Part shown: piece after piece, positions 9,167-18,718 of the stretch | Layout of the letters: each line of letters opens with the position of its first letter | Numbering within the stretch: position 1 is the stretch's first letter | NCBI GenBank assembly: GCA_046052705.1 | Contig: JBJOLU010000181.1 | Span: 1-33,797, forward strand | DNA length: 33,797 nucleotides | From: Bacteroidota bacterium | Lineage (GTDB): Bacteria > Bacteroidota > Ignavibacteria > Kapaibacteriales > NICIL-2 | Direction: 5' to 3' | The notes under the pieces: generated by a model | Told to the model about the DNA's origin: nothing | What the model saw: only the letters and a program-made list of their open reading frames with translations | Database searches by the model: none | Made by a program: the position numbers and the translations under genes

Positions 9167-9544
9167 ATGGCACGTATAGCAGGTATTGACCTTCCGCGTA
9201 ATAAGCGTGGGGTTATCAGTCTAACATACATTTTCGGAATCGGCAAGACGGCAGCGCAAGAAGTTCTTGCCAAGGCCGGTGTTGACGAAAGCAAGCGCGT
9301 TCAAACCTGGACGGACGAGGAGATTGCGCGCATTCGTACTGCCGTATCCGAGTATAAAGTAGAAGGCCAGTTGAGATCCGAGATCCAGCTGAACATCAAG
9401 CGATTGATGGACATTGGCGCATATCGTGGTCTTCGCCATCGTAAGGGCCTGCCCGTACGCGGTCAGCGTACTCGTACCAACAGCCGTACTCGTAAGGGTA
9501 GAAGAAAAACGGTTGCAGGTAAGAAGAAGGCAGCTCGTAAGTAA
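9167..9544 (+). CDS. rpsM: 30S ribosomal protein S13
   Basis: [36 protein letters not shown]. Confidence 0.98.
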   Translation: MARIAGIDLPRNKRGVISLTYIFGIGKTAAQEVLAKAGVDESKRVQTWTDEEIARIRTAVSEYKVEGQLRSEIQLNIKRLMDIGAYRGLRHRKGLPVRGQRTRTNSRTRKGRRKTVAGKKKAARK

Positions 9545-9615
9545 TAGCCCGTTACCCCTGAACACTTTTCAGGTGGGGCGTAAGTGTGAAATTTTAAACC
9601 TATAGAGTTATAAGA

Positions 9616-10002
9616 ATGGCAGCCGCAAAAAGAAAAGTAAAACGTAAAATAGTTGCCGACGTACATGGCAAAGCCTTTATTCGCGCAACCTTTAACAACG
9701 TGATAGTAACCATAGCGGACTCCTACGGAAACGTACTTACCTGGTCTTCAGCCGGAAAGAACGGCTTCCGTGGTTCTAAGAAGAATACGCCGTATGCTGC
9801 TCAAGTATCGGCGGAGAAAGCTGCCCGCGAGGCCTTTGAAATGGGTCTTCGTAAGGTTGATGTGAGTGTTCGCGGACCTGGATCCGGTCGCGAAGCTGCG
9901 ATTCGCGCTCTCTCAACGGCCGGTTTGGAAGTGCTTTCAATTTTGGATAAAACTCCCATTCCGCACAACGGTTGCCGTCCTCCGAAACGTCGTCGCGTGT
10001 AA
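9616..10002 (+). CDS. rpsK: 30S ribosomal protein S11
   Basis: [39 protein letters not shown]. Confidence 0.98.
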   Translation: MAAAKRKVKRKIVADVHGKAFIRATFNNVIVTIADSYGNVLTWSSAGKNGFRGSKKNTPYAAQVSAEKAAREAFEMGLRKVDVSVRGPGSGREAAIRALSTAGLEVLSILDKTPIPHNGCRPPKRRRV

Positions 10003-10132
10003 TTCTGCTGTGGGCGCTTGTAACGAGCTAGCCTACAAAGCAGAGCCAGCAGTTGTCATTTGATGATTCATCAATGCAACGCATGTCGTTTCCCAATTCG
10101 AGAATAATAATCATTGTAGAGAAAGAGAGCGT

Positions 10133-11155
10133 ATGAATACAGCGATGCAAATGCCAGAGCGTGTAATGTCGGATGATACCGGATCATTGTATCACGGAAA
10201 ATTCGCCTTACAGCCGCTCGAGGAAGGCTATGGCGTAACAGTGGGTAACGCACTTCGTCGTGTGATTCTCTCCTCCATTCATGGAGCTGCCATTGTAGGC
10301 ATAAAAATCAGCGGTGTTGTGCATGAGTTTCAAACCATTCCGGGTGTGGTTGAGGATATGAGTGAGATCATCCTGAACCTCAAAGAAGTTCGCGTAAAGC
10401 TTGACGATTCAAAGCCTGTACGTGTCAGCTTCAAGGTTAAGGGTGCCGGCACATGGGTGGCTCAAAGCATTCAGGACGCCTCCACCGGTATTACGGTGCT
10501 AGATCCCACGCATCACATTGCCACACTTGCCAACGATGCCGAGTTCGACGTTGAACTTCGCATTGCAAAGGGCAAAGGTTATGTGCCGGCTGAAGAGCAG
10601 GTAACAACCGAATTCCCCGTGGGCATGATTCCTATTGATGCAATCTATACGCCAATTAAGAATGTTATCTACAATGTAGAGCCCTTCCGCGTTGGTCAGA
10701 AGACTGACTACGAAAAGCTTATCCTTGATGTAACAACCGACGGCAGTATTGCAGCATTGGATGCAGTGCAACAAGCCTCAAAGATCTTGCTTGATCACGT
10801 GAACCTGTTTGTAGGATTCGACTTCAGTCAGAAATCCGACAGCGTTGCAAAGACAAGCGCCGATCCTGTTGAAGAGGAAAGCAAGTCTGCGGAATTCCAA
10901 AAAGTTCGCCGTCTGCTGGAAACACAAGTGGACGACTTGGAACTTTCAGTTCGCGCACACAATTGCTTGAAGGCCGCAAACATCAAGACCGTTTCGGAAT
11001 TGGTGATGCTTCAGGAAACAGATTTGCTGAAGTTCCGCAACTTCGGTCGTAAGTCTCTTTCAGAGCTTACAGAAACCGTAAAGGGCATGGGTCTTGTGTT
11101 CGGAATGAACGTAGACCGCTACTTGAAGGATTCACCGAAGAGCACCGAAGCATAA
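10133..11155 (+). CDS. rpoA: RNA polymerase alpha subunit
   Basis: PLEEGYGVTVGNALRRVILSS, IPIDAIYTP, LELSVRAHNCLK, NFGRKSL. Confidence 0.99.
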   Translation: MNTAMQMPERVMSDDTGSLYHGKFALQPLEEGYGVTVGNALRRVILSSIHGAAIVGIKISGVVHEFQTIPGVVEDMSEIILNLKEVRVKLDDSKPVRVSFKVKGAGTWVAQSIQDASTGITVLDPTHHIATLANDAEFDVELRIAKGKGYVPAEEQVTTEFPVGMIPIDAIYTPIKNVIYNVEPFRVGQKTDYEKLILDVTTDGSIAALDAVQQASKILLDHVNLFVGFDFSQKSDSVAKTSADPVEEESKSAEFQKVRRLLETQVDDLELSVRAHNCLKAANIKTVSELVMLQETDLLKFRNFGRKSLSELTETVKGMGLVFGMNVDRYLKDSPKSTEA

Positions 11156-11202
11156 TAGTAGCTTCATTTAAGATTTGATTACGAATAACGTCGAACGAGA
11201 TT

Positions 11203-11910
11203 ATGAGACACTTAGTATCAGGCCGTAAGTTGGGTCGCACATGGAGTCACCGCCGAGCGTTGATGAGCAATATGGCTACATCGCTTATCATCAGTGACTC
11301 GAAGAGTATTACCACAACCTTGGCAAAAGCAAAAGAACTTCGCCCGTACATCGAGAAGTTGATTACCCGCGCAAAGGTTGCCTTTGTTCGCGAGCGCAAC
11401 GGCGAATTTGCCAATGGCCATGTAGACGTGCACGCACGTCGCGAAGTGGGAAAAGTCATCAAGGACAAGAAGGCTCTTCAAGCTTTGTTCGATGAAATCG
11501 CACCTGCTGTACTTGAGCGTCAGGGCGGATATACACGTGTTATCAAGCTGGGTCAGCGTCGTGGTGATGGTGCTGAAGAGGCGATCATTCAACTTGTTGA
11601 TTGGTCGGCAAAACAAGACGGTGTAGTTTCTTTGAACGATAAAAAGCGCAAGCCTGCTACTCGCAAAGCAGCTCCGAAGGCAGCAGCAAAGGCTGATGTA
11701 GTTGCAGATACTGCAACCGTATCCGCAGCAACTGCCGCAGCAGAGACCGTATCGGAGGAAGTGTCTGAAGCAGCTGCTTCGGAAGAGCAAGCTCCGGCAT
11801 TCGAGGACTCAACCACAGCAGACACACCGACAGCAACGGAAGTTGAAGGCGGTGGCGAAACTTCGGACGACTCAACAGCATCCGGCGAATCAAGTACCGA
11901 CACTGAGTAA
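11203..11910 (+). CDS. rplQ: 50S ribosomal protein L17 with long Ala/acidic C-terminal tail
   Basis: MRHLVSGRKLGRT..HRRAL, TTLAKAKELR, RQGGYTRVIKLGQRRGDGA; about 100 low-complexity residues follow. Confidence 0.97.
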   Translation: MRHLVSGRKLGRTWSHRRALMSNMATSLIISDSKSITTTLAKAKELRPYIEKLITRAKVAFVRERNGEFANGHVDVHARREVGKVIKDKKALQALFDEIAPAVLERQGGYTRVIKLGQRRGDGAEEAIIQLVDWSAKQDGVVSLNDKKRKPATRKAAPKAAAKADVVADTATVSAATAAAETVSEEVSEAAASEEQAPAFEDSTTADTPTATEVEGGGETSDDSTASGESSTDTE

Positions 11911-11929
11911 TCAAACACAAGACGAAATC

Positions 11930-11968
11930 AAAACACCGAAGCAGAAACGCTTCGGTGTTTTTCTTTTT
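11930..11968 (+). terminator. Rho-independent terminator ending the ribosomal protein superoperon
   Basis: AAAACACCGAAGC-agaaac-GCTTCGGTGTTTT perfect stem followed by TCTTTTT. Confidence 0.9.
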
Positions 11969-12019
11969 ACGGCATAGCAGGTGGATTGCTCCACGCAGCC
12001 ACCTAAGCGGAACCTCATA

Positions 12020-12682
12020 ATGAAGCAAACACTACGGGCCGGATTTTTGAAGGGGGCTGCCGCAACGGCAGATTTTCCCGTGTCTCCGTTTCCGGAAGTA
12101 GCGTTCGTGGGCAGGTCCAACGTAGGGAAGTCTTCGTTGCTTAATTTCGTTGTGCGCGATCGCACGATGGCGAAGGTAAGTTCAACACCGGGTAAGACTC
12201 AGCAGATTAACTTCTTTCCGGTGGAATCCAAATGGATGTTTGTCGATGTTCCCGGGTTCGGGTATGCTAAAGTTTCTCGTGAAGAGCGCGAAAAATGGAG
12301 CGCTTTGGTGTGGGATTATTTGCTGCATCGTGAGCAATTAGCATTGGTTTGTGTGCTGGTGGACTCCAGGCACGACCCGCAACCTATAGACCTGCAGTGC
12401 ATAGAACTGCTGGAACACAACCGGCGTCCTTATGTAATTGTGCTGACCAAGGTAGATAAGATAAAAGAATCACACCGGGCCGAGCGACTGCAACAAATGG
12501 AACATCTGGTTTCCGAGTGCGCGCACTGCCGAGGCATTATTCTTTTTTCTACCGTAGAAAAAATGGGTAGGGATCATGTGATAGGTGCTGTGAAACGTGC
12601 AACGGATGCATGGAAGGCTCTACCGACTGATACCTCCGTGAAGGAACACGATCAACAAGGCGATGATTATGAAAGAAGCTAA
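12020..12682 (+). CDS. engB: Ribosome biogenesis GTPase EngB (YihA/YsxC)
   Basis: [43 protein letters not shown]; ATG 12020 preferred over GTG 11981. Confidence 0.95.
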   Translation: MKQTLRAGFLKGAAATADFPVSPFPEVAFVGRSNVGKSSLLNFVVRDRTMAKVSSTPGKTQQINFFPVESKWMFVDVPGFGYAKVSREEREKWSALVWDYLLHREQLALVCVLVDSRHDPQPIDLQCIELLEHNRRPYVIVLTKVDKIKESHRAERLQQMEHLVSECAHCRGIILFSTVEKMGRDHVIGAVKRATDAWKALPTDTSVKEHDQQGDDYERS

Positions 12683-13151
12683 AGTAGGAATCATCATGGG
12701 CAGCGATTCGGATTTGCCCGTTATGAGAGAAGCAGCAGACGTGCTGCAGGAATTCGGTATACCTTTCGAACTGAAGATTGTTTCGGCCCACAGAACGCCG
12801 GACGACATGGCAGAATACGGAAAGACTGCCCACGAGCGCGGTATACGCGTTATTATTGCCGGTGCCGGAGGTGCAGCACACTTGCCGGGAATGACCGCAT
12901 CATATTCACCGTTGCCGGTGATTGGTGTGCCGGTGCCGTCCAAGAATCTATCGGGTCTGGACTCGTTATATTCCATCGTGCAAATGCCTTCGGGTGTGCC
13001 CGTGGCAACAGTAGCTATAGGTGGAGCGAAAAATGCCGGCATCCTGGCAGCGCAAATTTTGGCCACGGCGGACTCGGAGCTCTTGAAAAAAATTGTTACG
13101 TATAAAAACCAACTCGCTGTTGGTTCGCGCGAGAAAAATGCCTCGCTATAA
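12663..13151 (+). CDS. purE: N5-carboxyaminoimidazole ribonucleotide mutase
   Basis: [43 protein letters not shown]. Confidence 0.97.
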   Translation: MIMKEAKVGIIMGSDSDLPVMREAADVLQEFGIPFELKIVSAHRTPDDMAEYGKTAHERGIRVIIAGAGGAAHLPGMTASYSPLPVIGVPVPSKNLSGLDSLYSIVQMPSGVPVATVAIGGAKNAGILAAQILATADSELLKKIVTYKNQLAVGSREKNASL

Positions 13152-13184
13152 CTACGACTGATTAGCATAGTAACGAAGGAAGAT

Positions 13185-14357
13185 ATGAGCGATCGTGAGA
13201 CATCAATGGAACCCTCGGGTGACGATTCGTATGTAGTTCTGCGAATGCTGCTTGGAAATGCACGGTACATCATTGGAGTGACGCTGATTGCAATGGTAGC
13301 AACAGTTGTCGTTTCTCTGCGGCTACCGAATATCTATACTGCCAGTGTCAGTGCTGTTCCTCCACGAAAGTCTTCTTCGTCGTTGGATGCCGCCATGAGT
13401 TCGGTAAGTTCAACGTTGCGAGAGTTTGGCCTGACAAAGATTGGCGGGAAGAAAGGCGAGAGTTTTGATTTTATGGTCTTGCTTCAAAGCAGACAGATAC
13501 AAGATTCTCTGATTTCGAACTTTAAGCTTGCGCAAGTGTACGAGTTACCTGATACCGCCATGACGAAGATTCGTGAGGAACTCAGCGATCGTTTAGCCGT
13601 GAACTTGGAAGCGGAGGGCAATTACACGGTAAGCGTTGATGATACAGATCCGAAAAGAGCTGCCGAAATGGCTAACTATGTCGTAAGTGAAGCAAACGAA
13701 CTTTCCGCGCGCTTGGACCGTTCTGAAACCGAGGTACTGTACAAACAGTTTGAATCTAAAATCGAAGCCACAGATCGGCAAATATCGGAGCTTCGTGACT
13801 CGATCAGTCGATATGGTCGTGCCAATAAGTTGTTTTCTCCTGCAGACCAGGCCAAAGCTGCAGCAACAGCTCTTGCTGAACTGAAATCTCAGAAGATGAA
13901 GGCCCAAGTAACGGCATCAATATTGGAAAGCACATACGGCAAAGAGGACCCGGTTACTCAGCAGCAGTATACCATTGTGCGCGAGTTGCAATCCAAAGAG
14001 TTAGAAGCTGAAGGTGGGTCAGGTTTTTTAGGCACAGCATCGTTGTCTGATGCGGCGGGCGCAGCACTTCCGTATGTGAGAATGACTGCGGAACTTGAAG
14101 CTCTGATCAAACTGAAGGCCTTTCTGCTTCCATCTTTTGAACAAGTTAAGTTGGATTTGAATAAGCTTTCGCCTTCGCTGTATGTAGTTGATGAAGCCCA
14201 GGCACCGCAGAAAAAATCTCGACCCAAGCGCAGTCTTATCGTTATAGGGGCAACGATTGGAACGTTCTTTTTAAGCTGCCTGATAGTTCTGTTGCAAGCT
14301 CGAATTCGCTCCCTTCGCCGTGAACTAAACCGCGTTTCGTCACAGAATCCGGCATGA
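13185..14357 (+). CDS. Wzz/GumC-like polysaccharide chain-length determinant (no tyrosine kinase domain)
   Basis: N-terminal TM followed by P..Y.AS, coiled-coil periplasmic region, VVDEAQAPQKKSRPKRSLI before the C-terminal TM. Confidence 0.85.
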   Translation: MSDRETSMEPSGDDSYVVLRMLLGNARYIIGVTLIAMVATVVVSLRLPNIYTASVSAVPPRKSSSSLDAAMSSVSSTLREFGLTKIGGKKGESFDFMVLLQSRQIQDSLISNFKLAQVYELPDTAMTKIREELSDRLAVNLEAEGNYTVSVDDTDPKRAAEMANYVVSEANELSARLDRSETEVLYKQFESKIEATDRQISELRDSISRYGRANKLFSPADQAKAAATALAELKSQKMKAQVTASILESTYGKEDPVTQQQYTIVRELQSKELEAEGGSGFLGTASLSDAAGAALPYVRMTAELEALIKLKAFLLPSFEQVKLDLNKLSPSLYVVDEAQAPQKKSRPKRSLIVIGATIGTFFLSCLIVLLQARIRSLRRELNRVSSQNPA

Positions 14358-15763
14358 CCAACGCACATCAACGATCGTGGTGGAATATACACGATGCGTC
14401 ATTGCATCCTGCTTTGGCCGCCTTTGCTGCCATTGGGGCAATTGCAGTAGCCGTTAGCTCCGCTCTTTTTGACTTATGGTTCCTGCCTTTACTTTTTGTT
14501 GCCGGCATTGCACTTGTTTTTTTTAGCATTATCAAGCCGGAAGTATGGCTGTATGTCGTTGCTCTTTCATTCCCCGTCTTTTTCTCGACGAGTGAAGTAG
14601 GGGTTTCAGCCACCGATGTTGTGCTTGGAGTGTTCCTAATTGGCAGCCTTTACCTGTGGATGCTTTACAGAGTATTAGTTACCCGCCAGCCTTTTATTGA
14701 GAATTGGTTTGATGCGCTGCTGGTGCTGTACATGGTATTCTTGACTGCAAACGTTGCGGTTGCGCTCGCACAAGGAACCACACTTCTTGATTGGCTTCGT
14801 TCATACAGTATTGGTATTCTTGTATTATACTACTTCCCGGTACGCGTGTATTGCTCAGATCCCGCGGTGCTACGCCGGTTGATTGTAGTACTTACGGTAG
14901 TGGTTGTCGGTTTAACATTTAAGTCCATTTTGGACTATCGCTCTATTGTTAAATCGAGTGAATATGCCTTCCAGATTGCCGGCCGTCGAGTGATACCTCA
15001 TGTGTTTCTCATGGCATCGCTGAGTGCATTTGTTTGGGCTATCCACCAAAAACTGACATGGAGGCGAATTGTTCCATTGATTCTTTCGCTATTGTTTCTT
15101 GCTGGTTTGGTAACCACCTATGCTCGAACCACGTGGCTGGGTTTTTTGTTTTGTATTGCAATTGCACAATTCCTCTTCGTGAAGCAAGAAAGGTGGCGTA
15201 CGGTGATCTTGCTGGCGAGTTTTTCCGTGATAACGTATGCATCTATACTGGTAGTATTTGGTCCTACAGCGACTCTTGTTACGAAGGTTCTTGCTAATCG
15301 CTTTACATCGGCCTCCAATGTGAAGCGGGATCAAGCTGTAGGGAATCGTGTGTATGAGTCGCGTGTGGTAGCGAGATACATTGAGCGAAATCCGGTAGCC
15401 GGTTATGGCCTTGCTTCAACATTTAAAGGGTATGACGGAATCACAGGCGAGTCCACACCAAAAACATATATACACAACGGATTCCTGTCGCCATTGTATT
15501 ACTTTGGAGTCGTCGGCGCACTATTACAATATGTATTGCTCATTTCTGCAGTAGGGCGTTCGTTTTTGGTAGCGCGTCGCATGAGAAGTACGATTCCCAG
15601 AGTAATAGCTATTTCGTGTTTTCTTACTCTAACCGGAATGTTCATCGAGAATATTACGGCAGCCATATTTTTCTTCAGAAGTGCTGTGTTTGTGTTGGCG
15701 TTTGCTCTTGCCGGAGTTTCAATAGCAGAGCGATTCGATCAACAGTATCGTGCCAATCTGTGA
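14354..15763 (+). CDS. O-antigen ligase / Wzy polymerase family membrane protein
   Basis: About 12 hydrophobic segments, TYARTTWLG, R in the large loop, NPVAGYGL and YIHNGFL motifs; ATGA overlap with the wzz-like gene. Confidence 0.85.
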   Translation: MTNAHQRSWWNIHDASLHPALAAFAAIGAIAVAVSSALFDLWFLPLLFVAGIALVFFSIIKPEVWLYVVALSFPVFFSTSEVGVSATDVVLGVFLIGSLYLWMLYRVLVTRQPFIENWFDALLVLYMVFLTANVAVALAQGTTLLDWLRSYSIGILVLYYFPVRVYCSDPAVLRRLIVVLTVVVVGLTFKSILDYRSIVKSSEYAFQIAGRRVIPHVFLMASLSAFVWAIHQKLTWRRIVPLILSLLFLAGLVTTYARTTWLGFLFCIAIAQFLFVKQERWRTVILLASFSVITYASILVVFGPTATLVTKVLANRFTSASNVKRDQAVGNRVYESRVVARYIERNPVAGYGLASTFKGYDGITGESTPKTYIHNGFLSPLYYFGVVGALLQYVLLISAVGRSFLVARRMRSTIPRVIAISCFLTLTGMFIENITAAIFFFRSAVFVLAFALAGVSIAERFDQQYRANL

Positions 15764-17268
15764 TCTCGACTCCTTTACATACCAACGCTCATGCACGACG
15801 TAAGCTCGTGGTCCTTGCCGCTGCATACTTTGTGATCAATTTGATTGGCCTTACTCGATCGCCGCTGCTTTGGGTGGATGAAGCTACACTTAATGATGCT
15901 GCCCGAGAGTACGTTGCAACCGGTCATGTTCGATCTTCAGTCTTTGCAGACGTTCCCGCGTTTGCTCATGGCTTTTACTGGCAGCCGCCGTTACAGTCTA
16001 TTGTGTCGGCCGGAACATACTCGGTGTTTGGCTTTGGTGTTTGGCAAACTCGCATACCGCCTCTGCTTTTTGCATCTGCGTCACTTTTCATAATCGGTAT
16101 TATTCTGTACCGATTCACATCTTCTCGAACAACCGTAATATTAACGGTACTCTTATTTGGATGCGATCCCGTGTTCTCTTTCCTTGCTCGTTCGGGGCGC
16201 ATGGATTCGATGTGCATATTTTTTATGCTTTTGAGTATGTGGTTTGTGTTGCGAGCATTAGAAACTTGTGAAGAGAAGTGGAGCATGGCGGCCGGGCTTT
16301 TCTTGGGTGCTGCGGGGATTTCACACCCGATAGCGGCAGGCATAGGTGTGGGAATTGTTTTGGGATCGCTATTGTTCAACCGGCCACGACTTACGCACAC
16401 TTTTGCGCTTGTTGCATGCAGTTCTGCCTTACCCATGCTTTGGTTTGCCTATGCGTGGTTTTCGGGCGAGTGGGATTCCTTCCGGGATCAGTTTTTGAGG
16501 CATGGATCAGATCATCTTGCGTCTTCATCATTGTGGCAGCGGTTATTGGAAGAAGGGGCCCGCTACGTACGTGATTACAACAGAGCTCTCGTGGTGCTAC
16601 CGTTGTACATGGCAGCTGTGGCGCTAGCTGTTAGAAAAGCGTTCCTAACGAAAGAGCGAACTATCAAAATGGTGTTGATATGGTTCGCCACTTCATTTGT
16701 GTTTAACGTTGTTTTCATGACGAAGGGTGTGGGATTCTATGGAATGTATCCGGTAACTGTGGCTGTTGTAACCCTTGGTATTGCCGCTGAGTTTTTTGAA
16801 GTTACTGCCACGCGTCGTAGGGTACTCTATACAGCTATGAGTACCGTAGTAATTCTTACATTCAGTGTTGGTACGGGGGGGCGACTTGTAAAGAGCATTC
16901 TCCAGTGGAACGATCGTAATCCTGATAATCTTCGACAGACTTTGGAAGCACGAGTGCCCCGCGGTTCACGGGTCTATGGAGATGGCAGTCTTTGGTATGC
17001 GGCTCATGATCTTGGTTACAAACTATCCATAGACGACTATTTTTTAGGAAGAGCGTTCCCGAATCGGCGTTACGAACGGCTTTTGAATAGTGATTATGTG
17101 GTGCTGGAAAAAAAACTGTTTCACACCGCAAACTTATCGGCGCTCTCGCTCGTCGATAGCATTGTAGTAACATCGCCGTCGATTGGGCAGGGCTTAGACA
17201 CACTTTATGCCTTGTACATTCTTCAGCCCAAGAGTACTACAGAACGCGACTCCGTCAAACGGAATTAA
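15760..17268 (+). CDS. GT-C fold glycosyltransferase (ArnT/PMT-like, GT39/GT83)
   Basis: WVDEA motif after TM1, QPPL, ARSGRMD, many TMs; GTGA overlap with the preceding stop indicates a start at 15760. Confidence 0.8.
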   Translation: MISTPLHTNAHARRKLVVLAAAYFVINLIGLTRSPLLWVDEATLNDAAREYVATGHVRSSVFADVPAFAHGFYWQPPLQSIVSAGTYSVFGFGVWQTRIPPLLFASASLFIIGIILYRFTSSRTTVILTVLLFGCDPVFSFLARSGRMDSMCIFFMLLSMWFVLRALETCEEKWSMAAGLFLGAAGISHPIAAGIGVGIVLGSLLFNRPRLTHTFALVACSSALPMLWFAYAWFSGEWDSFRDQFLRHGSDHLASSSLWQRLLEEGARYVRDYNRALVVLPLYMAAVALAVRKAFLTKERTIKMVLIWFATSFVFNVVFMTKGVGFYGMYPVTVAVVTLGIAAEFFEVTATRRRVLYTAMSTVVILTFSVGTGGRLVKSILQWNDRNPDNLRQTLEARVPRGSRVYGDGSLWYAAHDLGYKLSIDDYFLGRAFPNRRYERLLNSDYVVLEKKLFHTANLSALSLVDSIVVTSPSIGQGLDTLYALYILQPKSTTERDSVKRN

Positions 17269-17302
17269 CACTAAAGCTTGTTGAATTTCTTTGGTACCTC
17301 TC

Positions 17303-17506
17303 ATGCAGCAATCCACCAGCACTAATCTGTTCGACTACGAAATTCTAATTCGTCGTTACGACATGGCCAATCGCTATGCATCATACTGCCCCCAACTTGG
17401 TCTGATGATCAAGGGTGAGGAACATGAGCAAGTGGAGAATGCCATGAAAGAGAAAATCACCGAGCACATCGCTCGGCTTCAAGAAGCGTCAACCACGCAG
17501 GCCTGA
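17303..17506 (+). CDS. Small HicB-like (partial RNase H fold) protein
   Basis: YEILI...YASYCPQLGLMIKGEEHEQVENAMKEKI..HI resembles the HicB N-terminal pattern; no DNA-binding C-domain. Confidence 0.55.
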   Translation: MQQSTSTNLFDYEILIRRYDMANRYASYCPQLGLMIKGEEHEQVENAMKEKITEHIARLQEASTTQA

Positions 17507-17548
17507 TATTCGTCCTGAAGCAAAGTTCTTCTCATCACATCCGGTAGT

Positions 17549-18715
17549 ATGAAACTCAAAAGGCACATCCTTGGTGTTGTTGTGGCTGCATTGCTTGTTG
17601 TGCCCTTCAAACTCAGTGCTCAGTGGGCGTTAATGCGCGCCGATGCCGACGACCTCATCAAGCGCGGGACCTCTCATATCTACAACACGCGCTTCGACAG
17701 TGCCACAGTATGCTTCGAGAAAGTCATTGCGCTGTATCCCGATCTTCCTGCCGGTTATTTCATGGAGGCGATGATCGATTGGTGGCGAATGCAGATAGAT
17801 CAGCGCAACAAAAGCTATGGCGAGTCCTTCCTGCGCAAGGTGGATAAGGTTCTGCAGGTTTGCGATGCCATTTTGGATACCAACGAATACAACATTTCTG
17901 GCTTGTTCTTCAAGGGCGGCATTCTTGGTTATCGCGGCAGATATTACGCGTCCAATCAAAGCTGGTTGAAGGCCACCAACGATGCCCGTCAGGCACTGGA
18001 TATACTAGTGAAGTGTAATCAGCTGGCTCCGCAGAACTACGACATAATGCTCGGGACCGGTATCTACAACTACTTTGCGGACGCGCTTCCCAACCAGTAT
18101 CCGGCATTGAAGCCAATCATGGTATTCCTGCCCTCCGGAGATAAGAAATTAGGTATGCTTCAGCTCGAGGCAGCGGCGCGCAACGCGCGCTACGCTGCCG
18201 TCGAAGCAAAAGTGGTGTTGCAAATGGTGTATGGCACGCAGTTCGAAAAGCAGCCGGCGGAGTACCTTCGATGGAGCAGAGACCTTTATGTCTCGTATCC
18301 GCAGAATGCGTTCTTTCACCGCAAATACGCAGTGGCCCTGATCATGAACGGATACTCGGATTCTGCCGACGTGCAATGGAAGATGATTCTTGATAACTAT
18401 CGCCGCAAGGCATTCGGCTACGATGCATTCAGTGCCAGAGAGTCATTGTATTACTTGGGGACCTACGAATTCAATCGTGGTAACAACGACCAAGCCTTGC
18501 AGTATTTATACAAGTGCGACGAGGCCAGCAGATATCTCGACGAAGATCCATCGGGATTCATGGTGCGCCTGAATATGACCATAGGGAAGATTTACGATCT
18601 GCAAGGAAAACGAGAACTGGCCAAGGTGCAGTACAACAAGATTCTCTCGTGGACCGATTACCAGAACTCTCACTCCGAGGCGGAGCAATACATGCAGCAG
18701 GCATATCGCCGCTAG
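17549..18715 (+). CDS. Exported TPR-repeat protein (TTC39/Iml2-like)
   Basis: Sec signal peptide (MKLKRH + hydrophobic + LSA/Q), helical TPR-like repeats, LGTGIYNY...LP...GDKKLG segment. Confidence 0.7.
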   Translation: MKLKRHILGVVVAALLVVPFKLSAQWALMRADADDLIKRGTSHIYNTRFDSATVCFEKVIALYPDLPAGYFMEAMIDWWRMQIDQRNKSYGESFLRKVDKVLQVCDAILDTNEYNISGLFFKGGILGYRGRYYASNQSWLKATNDARQALDILVKCNQLAPQNYDIMLGTGIYNYFADALPNQYPALKPIMVFLPSGDKKLGMLQLEAAARNARYAAVEAKVVLQMVYGTQFEKQPAEYLRWSRDLYVSYPQNAFFHRKYAVALIMNGYSDSADVQWKMILDNYRRKAFGYDAFSARESLYYLGTYEFNRGNNDQALQYLYKCDEASRYLDEDPSGFMVRLNMTIGKIYDLQGKRELAKVQYNKILSWTDYQNSHSEAEQYMQQAYRR

Positions 18716-18718
18716 TAG

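Noticed and set aside
2780-10132. Recurring AGAG before rplE, rplF, rplR, rpmJ, rpsK and rpoA as an alternative Shine-Dalgarno
   Set aside because: Spacing to the start varies from 2 to 8 nt and canonical GGAG occurs at other genes; needs the 16S tail and genome-wide statistics
10080-10136. IIVE peptide in the rpsK-rpoA spacer as an rpsD C-terminal remnant (LIVELYSK)
   Set aside because: Only three residues match, which is within chance
15616-15759. Extended N-terminus of the GT-C ORF as given in the track (similarly 11981, 22729, 31558, 2453, 8787, 17291)
   Set aside because: These longest-ORF starts overlap neighbours or add non-homologous residues; downstream starts fit better
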